Source: Thermincola ferriacetica (GTDB taxonomy: Bacteria > Bacillota > Thermincolia > Thermincolales > UBA2595). Taken from it: a stretch of 32,000 nucleotides of DNA. The stretch covers positions 18,375 to 50,374 of the forward strand of contig JAENZX010000002.1 in the NCBI GenBank assembly GCA_016841045.1. The letters run 5' to 3'. Position 1 is the first letter of the stretch. Every line of letters starts with the position of its first letter. Shown here piece after piece: positions 1 through 7,092 of this stretch. Both the position numbers and the translations under genes were made by a program. Below the pieces are notes generated by a model. The model was not told the DNA's origin. It ran no database searches and saw nothing but the letters and a program-made list of their open reading frames with translations.

Positions 1-2
1 AA

Positions 3-350
3 GTGAAAGACAGGCTGAAAAAGCCGGCTCTTGGTTTATCCGGCGGACAACAGCAGAGACTCTGTATTGCCAGGTTATTGGCTGTAGAACCTGAAGTTCT
101 GCTAATGGATGAGCCGACCTCGGCCCTTGATCCTATTTCAACCCTCAAGATAGAAGAACTCATGGAAGAACTAAAAGCTAGATATACTATAATAATAGTG
201 ACTCATAACATGCAGCAGGCCGCCAGAGTTTCGGATTACACGGCATTTTTCCTGACCGGGGATATGGTTGAGTTCGGGGATACTGAAACTATTTTCACCA
301 AACCGGAGGTTAAAAAGACAGAAGACTATATAACAGGCCGATTTGGTTAA
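3..350 (+). CDS. pstB: Phosphate ABC transporter ATP-binding protein PstB, C-terminal part (5' end lies outside the window)
   Basis: The ORF is open to the window edge. It has the ABC signature [13 protein letters not shown], Walker [13 protein letters not shown]-loop VTHN and a PstB-typical C-terminus ITGRFG. phoU follows directly. Confidence 0.9.
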   Translation: MKDRLKKPALGLSGGQQQRLCIARLLAVEPEVLLMDEPTSALDPISTLKIEELMEELKARYTIIIVTHNMQQAARVSDYTAFFLTGDMVEFGDTETIFTKPEVKKTEDYITGRFG

Positions 351-373
351 ATTACAGAAAAGGAGTGGAATAT

Positions 374-1036
374 ATGAGTTCAACACGCCATGCTTTTGAC
401 AGGGCTCTTGAAGAGCTTCAACAGGAAATTTTGCGTATGGGCAGTCTTGTTGAAACAGTCATATACAATTCTGTTAAATCCCTTGCATCCCAGGATGTTT
501 CCCTTGCCGAAGAGGTAATTAAGGGTGACACGATAATAGATCACATGGAACTTGATATAGAAGATAAATGCCTCAAGCTTATTGCTACTCAGCAGCCCAT
601 AGCAGGGGATCTTAGGAAAATCAGTACTGGTTTTAAAATAATAACAGACCTTGAAAGAATGGCCGACAATTCTGTTGATATCGCCAAGGTTACCAGAAGG
701 CTGGCAGGACAGCCTTTAATTAAACCATTGGTTGACATCCCCAGAATGGCAGCTTTAACCCAGCAAATGGTTAAAGACGGCCTTGACGCATATGTCAGGG
801 GTGATGTTGACTTAGCCCGTACCCTTAATGAAAAAGATGATGAAGTAGATCATATATACGCCCAGGTTTTCAGGGAACTGCTTACTTACATGATGGAAGA
901 TCCCAGAACAATCACTCAGGCCGCACATCTCCTCTTTGTTTGCAGATATATTGAAAGGATTGCTGACCACGCCACCAACATCGGGGAACGTGTGGTGTAT
1001 CTGGTAACAGGGGAGCGGCCGGACTTAAATGACTGA
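374..1036 (+). CDS. phoU: Phosphate uptake regulator PhoU
   Basis: The protein has the two-repeat PhoU architecture (LERMADNSVDIA and IERIADHATNIGE motifs). The track ORF starts at GTG 365, which sits inside the AGGAG at 361-365. ATG 374 has proper 8-nt spacing, so it is preferred. Confidence 0.9.
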   Translation: MSSTRHAFDRALEELQQEILRMGSLVETVIYNSVKSLASQDVSLAEEVIKGDTIIDHMELDIEDKCLKLIATQQPIAGDLRKISTGFKIITDLERMADNSVDIAKVTRRLAGQPLIKPLVDIPRMAALTQQMVKDGLDAYVRGDVDLARTLNEKDDEVDHIYAQVFRELLTYMMEDPRTITQAAHLLFVCRYIERIADHATNIGERVVYLVTGERPDLND

Positions 1037-1068
1037 TCTGTTAATGAAAAATGAAATAGAAATAAAAA

Positions 1069-1102
1069 GTGAGGATGGTACTTTAGCTGTCCTCACTTTT
1101 TT
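1069..1102 (+). terminator. Rho-independent terminator after phoU
   Basis: Stem gtgagga (1069-1075) pairs with tcctcac (1090-1096), followed by a T-run at 1097-1102. Confidence 0.7.
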
Positions 1103-1229
1103 ACGTGCGGCAGGAGAATAATTTAATTGAGTTTATTGAGTTTAATGGGAGTTTCTTAGCAGGATATGCCATATTTGATGTAGAATAAAGATTTTGTTTA
1201 CAGCCTTTAAATACTGGAGGACAGCTCAA

Positions 1230-2207
1230 ATGCAGACTGCAAAAGGCGAAGCAGAAATAAGGGTTAGAGTCAGGCGGAGCCCTCGTCATTTATTGAGGAA
1301 GCTTATTTTGTCGGTGATTGCGGTTTATATTGTAGTTGTCACCTACGGGTTTATTAATGAACTTGTAATTGCCAGTCTTGTTAAGGTTGAACAGGTACAG
1401 GACGGGGTTATTCAGTCTACTGTAACTGCCGAAGGAATTTTAGTTCGAAATGAGGAAACAGTTACATCACCCCATAGTGGAACTATTAGGCGTATTGCTG
1501 CCGAAGGGGAAAGAGTCAGGGTTGGCCAAGTAGTTGCCCAGGTGGCCATCGCATCACTGGACAGTTCTAACGGAGTAACAATGTATAATATAAAAGCTCC
1601 CAGGTCCGGTATAGTCAGCTATCGTTTTGATGGCCTGGAGTCTGTCTATACATATCAGAACCTTAAGGAATTAGATTTAAATAAAGTTGAGAAACTAATA
1701 GCTGAATATTCGGAAATCAAATCTGAGGGGACTGTAGAAGAAGGAAAACCGATGTTCAGGATTATCAATAATCTGGACCCTGTTTATATAATTACAAGAC
1801 TACAAAATGGCCAGACACTGCCGGAAAAGGAATCATTTAAAATTAGCTCCGGGTCTGGTGATAAGCTATTCAAAGCATTTATCACAGAACAAACATTTTT
1901 TAATAAGCCTAACCAAATTCTATTTAAAGTTTCATATTACGATAACTGGCTTATGACCTCACGAAAAATCAAATTTAATATAATAACTGAGCGTTATGAG
2001 GGCCCGGTTATTCCTGTTTCGGCACTTGTCAAAAAAGAAGGGGAAGACGGTATATATACAATCTACAAAGAACGGGTCAAATGGAAGCCTGTAACGGTGG
2101 AAGGAAAATCAGAAGGTAAAGCGGTAATTTCTGGCGTTACTCCAGACGTAAAAGTCATTCTAAGTCCCGAATACGTTAAAGAGGGCGTTCCTTTGAAAAT
2201 AAGATAA
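1230..2207 (+). CDS. Membrane-anchored HlyD/membrane-fusion-like adaptor protein (orphan)
   Basis: An N-terminal basic stretch is followed by one TM helix (LILSVIAVYIVVVTYGF). A barrel-sandwich (lipoyl-like) segment contains GTIRRIAAEGERVRVGQVVAQV and IKAPRSGIV, and the C-terminus is a beta-barrel-like domain. GGAGG at 1216-1220 precedes ATG 1230, so the TTG at 1194 in the track is probably too early. Confidence 0.6.
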   Translation: MQTAKGEAEIRVRVRRSPRHLLRKLILSVIAVYIVVVTYGFINELVIASLVKVEQVQDGVIQSTVTAEGILVRNEETVTSPHSGTIRRIAAEGERVRVGQVVAQVAIASLDSSNGVTMYNIKAPRSGIVSYRFDGLESVYTYQNLKELDLNKVEKLIAEYSEIKSEGTVEEGKPMFRIINNLDPVYIITRLQNGQTLPEKESFKISSGSGDKLFKAFITEQTFFNKPNQILFKVSYYDNWLMTSRKIKFNIITERYEGPVIPVSALVKKEGEDGIYTIYKERVKWKPVTVEGKSEGKAVISGVTPDVKVILSPEYVKEGVPLKIR

Positions 2208-2216
2208 AGGTGGGTC

Positions 2217-2909
2217 TTGGTTTTGAACGACATTATAGATAATATTGGGGAAGTCCGGGAGCGGGTTAGGAAATCGGCAGAAAAGGTTGGCCGTGATCCG
2301 GATGAAATAAAGATAGTTGCAGTTACCAAAACGGTTCCCGTTGAAAAGATAAAATTAGCTGTAGAAAGTGGTTTAACTATTCTTGGGGAGAACAGGGTTC
2401 AGGAACTTCTTGAAAAAGACCCTGCGCTAAGTGGGGTAGAGTGGCATTTAATCGGACACCTTCAGACAAACAAGGTTAAATATATTGTGGACAAGGTTTC
2501 GATGTTACACTCCCTTGATAGCATTGGGCTTGCAGGTGAAATAAGCAAAAGAATGAATACACTCGGCCGTGTTATGGAAGTATTGGTTCAGGTTAATGTG
2601 GCTGGGGAAGAATCCAAGTTTGGGATTAAACCTTCTGAAGCTGTGGGGTTTGTGGATGCTGTACGAAAACTTCCGGGGCTGAAGTTAAAGGGATTGATGA
2701 CTATTGCGCCTATGGTTACCGACCCGGAAGAAACAAGGCCTGTTTTTCGTCAGTTGAAAAATTTAGCCGAAGAGATTAAAACAATGGGCTATCCGGAGGT
2801 GGAAATGTCTCATCTGTCTATGGGAATGTCCAATGATTATAAAGTGGCAGTTGAAGAAGGAGCTACACTTATAAGATTAGGAAGTACTATTTTTGGGTCA
2901 AGAAACTGA
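2217..2909 (+). CDS. yggS: PLP-binding homeostasis protein, YggS/YlmE family
   Basis: The protein is full length (230 aa) with a TIM-barrel alanine-racemase-N-like sequence (VAVTKT, HLIGHLQTNK, SMGMSNDY). It occupies the conserved position upstream of sepF. Confidence 0.9.
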   Translation: MVLNDIIDNIGEVRERVRKSAEKVGRDPDEIKIVAVTKTVPVEKIKLAVESGLTILGENRVQELLEKDPALSGVEWHLIGHLQTNKVKYIVDKVSMLHSLDSIGLAGEISKRMNTLGRVMEVLVQVNVAGEESKFGIKPSEAVGFVDAVRKLPGLKLKGLMTIAPMVTDPEETRPVFRQLKNLAEEIKTMGYPEVEMSHLSMGMSNDYKVAVEEGATLIRLGSTIFGSRN

Positions 2910-2934
2910 TAGGCTGTAGAAGGAGGAAGTTTAA

Positions 2935-3381
2935 GTGAGTAAAATAATGGATAAGGTTCTCGGGTTTATGGGTTTTGAAGAAGAAGAGGTAGAAATCCTT
3001 GATGAAGAAGAAATTGACGTTAATGAAGATGAGGATTTTGGAAAGAGAAAGAAAAGCGGAAATATTTTTAGCCTGCATTCCCAAAAGAATTTGAGGGTTG
3101 TTGTGTGTGAACCAAAAGTATTTGAGGACTGTCAGTCTATTTCAGACAACTTAAAAAACCGCAGGCCGGTAATAGTCAATCTGGAAAACGCCGATAAAGA
3201 ATTGTCAAAACGGGTTATTGATTTTATTTGTGGGGCTACATATGCATTAAGCGGACATACACAAAAAGTTGGCAACAACATCTTCTTGTTTGTACCCAGC
3301 AACATGGACATTGCCAGTGAATTAAAGGATGCTGAAAAAGAGAAAGAAAAAGAAAAAGGACTTTTTACCTGGGTCCGTTAA
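2935..3381 (+). CDS. sepF: Cell division protein SepF
   Basis: It has an N-terminal amphipathic MSKIMDKVLGFMGF, an acidic linker and a DUF552 core (VVVCEPKVFEDCQSISDNLKNRRPVIVNLE...YALSGHTQKVGNNIFLFVPSN). AGGAGGA lies 7 nt upstream of the GTG start. Confidence 0.9.
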   Translation: MSKIMDKVLGFMGFEEEEVEILDEEEIDVNEDEDFGKRKKSGNIFSLHSQKNLRVVVCEPKVFEDCQSISDNLKNRRPVIVNLENADKELSKRVIDFICGATYALSGHTQKVGNNIFLFVPSNMDIASELKDAEKEKEKEKGLFTWVR

Positions 3382-3396
3382 CAGGGGGCTGCTAAG

Positions 3397-4221
3397 ATGC
3401 CGTTAAGCAATAAGATTGTAGGGTTTATAGGTGCGGGAAATATGGCCGAGGCTCTCATCAAGAGTATGATTAGAGGCAAGTTAATTAAACCCTCCAATAT
3501 TTTGGCCAGTGATATTAATACAGAGCGAGGCCATAAACTTGCAAAAACGTATAAGTTTCAGTTTTTAGAGGATAATAAGGAACTAGTCAGCCAGGCCGAT
3601 GTCGTGGTTTATGCGGTTAAACCCTTCATGATGGAGAAGGTACTGGCAGAAGTATTTAATTTTGTTAAACGCCAACAGGTTCATATCTCTATTGCTGCTG
3701 GAATTTCTCTTGAATTTATTGAAATGAACCTTCCAACTGATACTCCTGTCATTCGAGTGATGCCTAATACTCCTTGTCTGGTAGGGGCAGGTGCATCCGC
3801 CTACTCGGTAGGTAAAGCCACTGGACAGGAACAAGAGGAAATAGTAAAAAATATACTGGACTGTACCGGAGTTTCTGTTAAGGTGGAAGAGCATCTTCTT
3901 AATGCGGTTACAGGTCTTTCCGGAAGCGGACCTGCCTATGCTTTTTTGATTATTGAAGCTTTAGCTGATGCCGGGGTTAAGGCAGGATTACAGCGTGATG
4001 TGGCAGTTACTTTAGCTGCTCAGACTCTTTTGGGTTCAGCCAAAATGGTTCTTGATTCTAAAGAACATCCTGCAAAATTAAAGGATATGGTTACAACTCC
4101 ATCAGGTACGACTATAGCCGGTCTTCACGTATTGGAGAATGGCAGACTTCGGGGTGTATTAATTGACGCCGTATCTGCAGCTGCTAAACGTGCTGGGGAA
4201 CTTGGTTCCGGTAAGAAATAA
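3397..4221 (+). CDS. proC: Pyrroline-5-carboxylate reductase
   Basis: It has an N-terminal Rossmann GFIGAGNMAEA and a C-terminal dimerisation-domain motif (LKDMVTTPSGTTIAGL). The length is 274 aa. Confidence 0.92.
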   Translation: MPLSNKIVGFIGAGNMAEALIKSMIRGKLIKPSNILASDINTERGHKLAKTYKFQFLEDNKELVSQADVVVYAVKPFMMEKVLAEVFNFVKRQQVHISIAAGISLEFIEMNLPTDTPVIRVMPNTPCLVGAGASAYSVGKATGQEQEEIVKNILDCTGVSVKVEEHLLNAVTGLSGSGPAYAFLIIEALADAGVKAGLQRDVAVTLAAQTLLGSAKMVLDSKEHPAKLKDMVTTPSGTTIAGLHVLENGRLRGVLIDAVSAAAKRAGELGSGKK

Positions 4222-4233
4222 GGGGGTTTTCTT

Positions 4234-4518
4234 TTGAATATCAGTTTAACTTATATTGTGTGGGTAGCCTTTAAAGCTGTTGAATGGCTTCTTTATGCCC
4301 GCATAATCTTATCCTTTCTTCCTCTTTTTATGAGAATTGACCCATATCACCCCATCATACGGTTTGTGTATGAAACAACTGAGCCGTTGATGGCTCCATT
4401 TAGAAGAATTTTGCCTCCTATGGGTGGTTTTGACTTTTCAATTATAATCGTATTTTTTGTTCTCCAGATAGTCAGGTCAGTGGTTATACAGCTATTAGTC
4501 TCGGCAGGACTTGGTTAG
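4234..4518 (+). CDS. YggT family membrane protein
   Basis: This is a 94-aa protein with two TM helices. It has the YggT-like pattern (ILSFLP...PYHPIIRFVYETTEPLMAPFRRILPPMGGFDFS) and sits in the conserved ylm cluster position. Confidence 0.85.
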   Translation: MNISLTYIVWVAFKAVEWLLYARIILSFLPLFMRIDPYHPIIRFVYETTEPLMAPFRRILPPMGGFDFSIIIVFFVLQIVRSVVIQLLVSAGLG

Positions 4519-4546
4519 AAAATGGTCTATTAACGGAGTGAGCTGT

Positions 4547-5332
4547 TTGAATAAAAAGGAGATACTTGACCGGGCAGCAAGTTCGGAAGACAGAATAGTT
4601 TTAGCCCGGGTTATTGATAAAATTGAATCAGTGGTCAAGACTCATAGTATTGAAGTGACTGAGTTTTTTGACCCTTATCAGCAGAGAATTGTTTCTCCGG
4701 TGCTGTCAAGAGTACCGGATATTTCTTTTATTTGGACCGGCGGGTTTGACAGTGCGGAGCGGAAGCGGCTTATATTATTTCCTGATTACCTTGAGCCAGA
4801 GGAGATTGATCCAGAGATAAAATACCTGGAGATTACAGGAAACCTCAAATTTCAGAATCTTTCTCACCGGGATTTTCTCGGTTCTCTAATGGGTCTGGGT
4901 ATAAAAAGGGATAAGCTGGGAGATATAATTGTCACATCCGAAGGGTGCCAGGTTGTGGCTGACCACTATATAGCGGACTATATAGAAAGAAATTTGACGA
5001 AGGTGCACAGGGTAGGTGTGAAAATCAGAGAAATAGCGGCACACAGTCTGCGGCTGCCCGAGGAAGAGGTCAAAGAAGTTTTTGCGACTGTTGCTTCGAT
5101 GCGGCTGGATTCAGTCGCTGCTGCAGGCTTCGGGACGTCACGGACTAAAATGGCTGATGAGATTTATGCAGAAAAGGTCAAGGTCAACTGGGTTGTAGTC
5201 AATGACTGTTCTCATGCTGTAAAAGAGGGCGATATTATATCTATTCGGGGGCGGGGAAGACTGGAAATTGATACTGTTAAAGGAGAAACCAAAAAAGGCA
5301 GGGTAGCTTTAAACTTAAAACGTTTTAAGTAG
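4547..5332 (+). CDS. ylmH: YlmH-like RNA-binding protein (S4 domain)
   Basis: A C-terminal S4-like segment (MRLDSVAAAGFGTSRTKMADEIYAEKVKVNW) and cluster synteny support the call. The start is uncertain: the track uses TTG 4511, which overlaps the yggT stop, whereas TTG 4547 follows GGAG at about 4534. Confidence 0.8.
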   Translation: MNKKEILDRAASSEDRIVLARVIDKIESVVKTHSIEVTEFFDPYQQRIVSPVLSRVPDISFIWTGGFDSAERKRLILFPDYLEPEEIDPEIKYLEITGNLKFQNLSHRDFLGSLMGLGIKRDKLGDIIVTSEGCQVVADHYIADYIERNLTKVHRVGVKIREIAAHSLRLPEEEVKEVFATVASMRLDSVAAAGFGTSRTKMADEIYAEKVKVNWVVVNDCSHAVKEGDIISIRGRGRLEIDTVKGETKKGRVALNLKRFK

Positions 5333-5425
5333 TTTAAGGAATTTTCCGGGGGCCAAAGGATTTTTTTTCCTTAAGGTCGAATTGTTTCGAAAAAGGTGCT
5401 TAGACTTTATTAGGAGGTGCTCCAA

Positions 5426-5929
5426 TTGTCACTGACCCCTCTTGACATTCACAACAAAGAGTTTCGGAAGGCTTTCCGGGGCTATGAAGAACAGGAAGTA
5501 GATGAATTCCTTGATTTGGTTGTCCAGGAATATGAAAGGTTATATAAAGAAAATATCGATTTAAAAGAGGCCCTGGCTGCAAAGGACAGTAATATTGGCC
5601 AGTACAAAGATCTGGAAGACACACTGAAAAAGACTTTGGTGGTTGCACAGAAAACCGCTGATGACATGAAGGAAAGCGCTGTCCGGGAAGCTGAGGTAAT
5701 TATTGGAGAAGCTCGTTTAAAAGCAGAACAAATTATCCAGGATGCCGGGGAAAAGGTGAGAACTGCTCTCTTGGATTATGAGAATATTCGCAAACAATCG
5801 CAGGAGTTTAAGGTTAGGTTCAGGGCCCTCTTAAAGAGCCAGTTGGACCTGATAGAAGAATCTGTTGATGAAAGCACCCTTGCTGAGAAACAAGTTGCAG
5901 CAGGCCAGGACTTTGTAATACAGGACTAA
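5426..5929 (+). CDS. divIVA: Cell division/polarity protein DivIVA
   Basis: The N-terminus from TTG 5426 (M)SLTPLDIHNKEFRKAFRGYEEQEVDEFLD is the canonical DivIVA lipid-binding domain, followed by coiled coil. AGGAGG at 5412-5417 lies 8 nt upstream. The track start at GTG 5417 overlaps the RBS. Confidence 0.9.
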   Translation: MSLTPLDIHNKEFRKAFRGYEEQEVDEFLDLVVQEYERLYKENIDLKEALAAKDSNIGQYKDLEDTLKKTLVVAQKTADDMKESAVREAEVIIGEARLKAEQIIQDAGEKVRTALLDYENIRKQSQEFKVRFRALLKSQLDLIEESVDESTLAEKQVAAGQDFVIQD

Positions 5930-5941
5930 GGGGGGCGTTCT

Positions 5942-6235
5942 TTGGATATCCAGGAACATCCTGATGGTGTGGTAATGAAAATAAAAGTGCAGCCTAGGGC
6001 GTCAAGAAACAAAATTGCCGGAACAATAGGTGATGCCCTAAAAGTAATGCTGACAGCTCCGCCAGTAGATGGTGAAGCCAATGCCGCCTGCATAGAGTTT
6101 TTCTCCGACCTGTTGGGTATCCCCAAAAGAGACATCGAAATCCTAACCGGCCACACCGGCAGGAACAAAACCATAAAACTTTACGGCCTAACCAAGTCAA
6201 AACTAACTGAGCAACTCCCTCAAATATTTTCTTGA
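5942..6235 (+). CDS. DUF167 (YggU/UPF0235) family protein
   Basis: It is 97 aa with KVQPRASRNKI...LKVMLTAPPVDGEANAACIEFFSDLLGIPKRDIEILTGHTGRNKTIKL, which is typical of DUF167. An AAGGGGGG RBS is present. Confidence 0.85.
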   Translation: MDIQEHPDGVVMKIKVQPRASRNKIAGTIGDALKVMLTAPPVDGEANAACIEFFSDLLGIPKRDIEILTGHTGRNKTIKLYGLTKSKLTEQLPQIFS

Positions 6236-6374
6236 GACTGAAATTAGGTTAAATTGGTTAATTTATAAAAGGCAGGGAACGTTCATCTCACTCGTTGAGC
6301 AATTACCTCAACTTCTTCCGTGGGACGGTGCTGCATTGGTTCTGGATAATGTTAAGTGCTTTATTAGTAAGTAC

Positions 6375-6686
6375 GGGTTACTCCGTCCATAGTTAGGGTA
6401 TGACTGTTTACGGAGGTTTTCATTTGGGTTACCATCGTCTGTCAACTTTCCGAATCAATTTTCAAATCCGCCGGGCGGAGGCAAGCTGCGGAGCTGTTGC
6501 CGCTTTAGCGGCTTACAGATTCGGCGTCCCCCTTGCGGGGAGACGCCGAAGCCGCCCAGCGCCATGGACGGCGCATGGGCGGGTACCCAAGGATTTGAAA
6601 ATTTATTCGGTCTAGTTGACCAGATGGTAACCCATGAAAATCGGAGTAAACAGTCATACCCTTGGCCAGAGTTTCGGAGTAACCCC
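6375..6686 (+). ncRNA. Unclassified large hairpin-like structured element (candidate ncRNA; strand not resolved)
   Basis: Perfect helices are separated by discrete internal loops.
- Paired segments: 6375-6385/6675-6685, 6396-6411/6646-6661 (16 bp), 6417-6423/6634-6640, 6426-6436/6623-6633 (11 bp), 6441-6446/6615-6620, 6450-6455/6605-6610 and 6457-6469/6591-6603 (13 bp).
- The GC-rich tip (6470-6590) carries local hairpins at 6480-6501, 6520-6550 and 6553-6581.
- No RBS-supported ORF is present.
- No motif of RNase P, SRP, tmRNA, 6S or a riboswitch class was recognised. Confidence 0.35.
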
Positions 6687-6739
6687 GGCCTGGATTAAGA
6701 CCCGAATTATTATCCAAACACAACTCACTTCACGGAAAG

Positions 6740-6768
6740 TTGACGAGCGAAGCCCTTTTGGATATAAT
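6740..6768 (+). promoter_or_regulatory. SigA-type promoter of the ileS T-box leader
   Basis: TTGACG (6740-6745), an exact 17-nt spacer, then TATAAT (6763-6768), located just upstream of T-box stem I. Confidence 0.7.
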
Positions 6769-6779
6769 TAAAAAATAGG

Positions 6780-7050
6780 TCAACTGGATAGTGCCACTAT
6801 GTGCTATGAAGGGGAGAGTAAGTATTGGGGAGGCTCCAGCGAACCCGGGGCAGTGTAAGCCGGGTGCTTGAAGCAATACCGAAAATCACCCCCGAGCTTT
6901 ACAGCTGAAACTTTAGTAAGCTGTAACGGCAGCAGCCGTTATCTGCAACCGTAAGTGCCGTGCAAATACATTGGTTCTACCGTGTTATTTGCCGGAATTT
7001 GGGTGGTACCGCGGGAATTATTCCCGTCCCTTGTGGGACGGGATTTTTTA
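6780..7050 (+). promoter_or_regulatory. T-box riboswitch leader, isoleucine specifier (AUC)
   Basis: Stem I carries GAGAGTAAG (GA/K-turn region) and an AGCGA bulge. The specifier loop is GAAA-ATC-A (about 6881-6889). The T-box sequence AATTTGGGTGGTACCGCG lies at 6996-7014. The terminator stem tcccgtccc/gggacggga (7022-7043) is followed by a T-run ending at 7049. Confidence 0.9.
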
Positions 7051-7092
7051 TTTTATGGCTTTTTTGCCGGTTTGAGGAGGAACAAATTTATC

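Noticed and set aside
1126-1143. Tandem 9-mer ATTGAGTTT x2 upstream of the HlyD-like gene, considered as a Pho-box-like operator.
   Set aside because: There are only two copies, with no match to the TT(A/T/C)ACA direct-repeat periodicity of PhoP boxes. The evidence is insufficient.
6400-6723. Track ORFs 6400-6615 (+, 71 aa) and 6505-6723 (-, 72 aa), which overlap each other.
   Set aside because: Both lie inside the large palindromic or structured element. They mirror each other because of the inverted symmetry. They have no RBS and give Arg/Ala/Gly-rich low-complexity translations, so they are treated as non-coding.
6955-7092. N-terminal 46-codon extension of the ileS ORF.
   Set aside because: It is encoded by the T-box antiterminator/terminator and has no RBS. 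The canonical IleRS N-terminus and a GAGGAGG RBS are at 7093.
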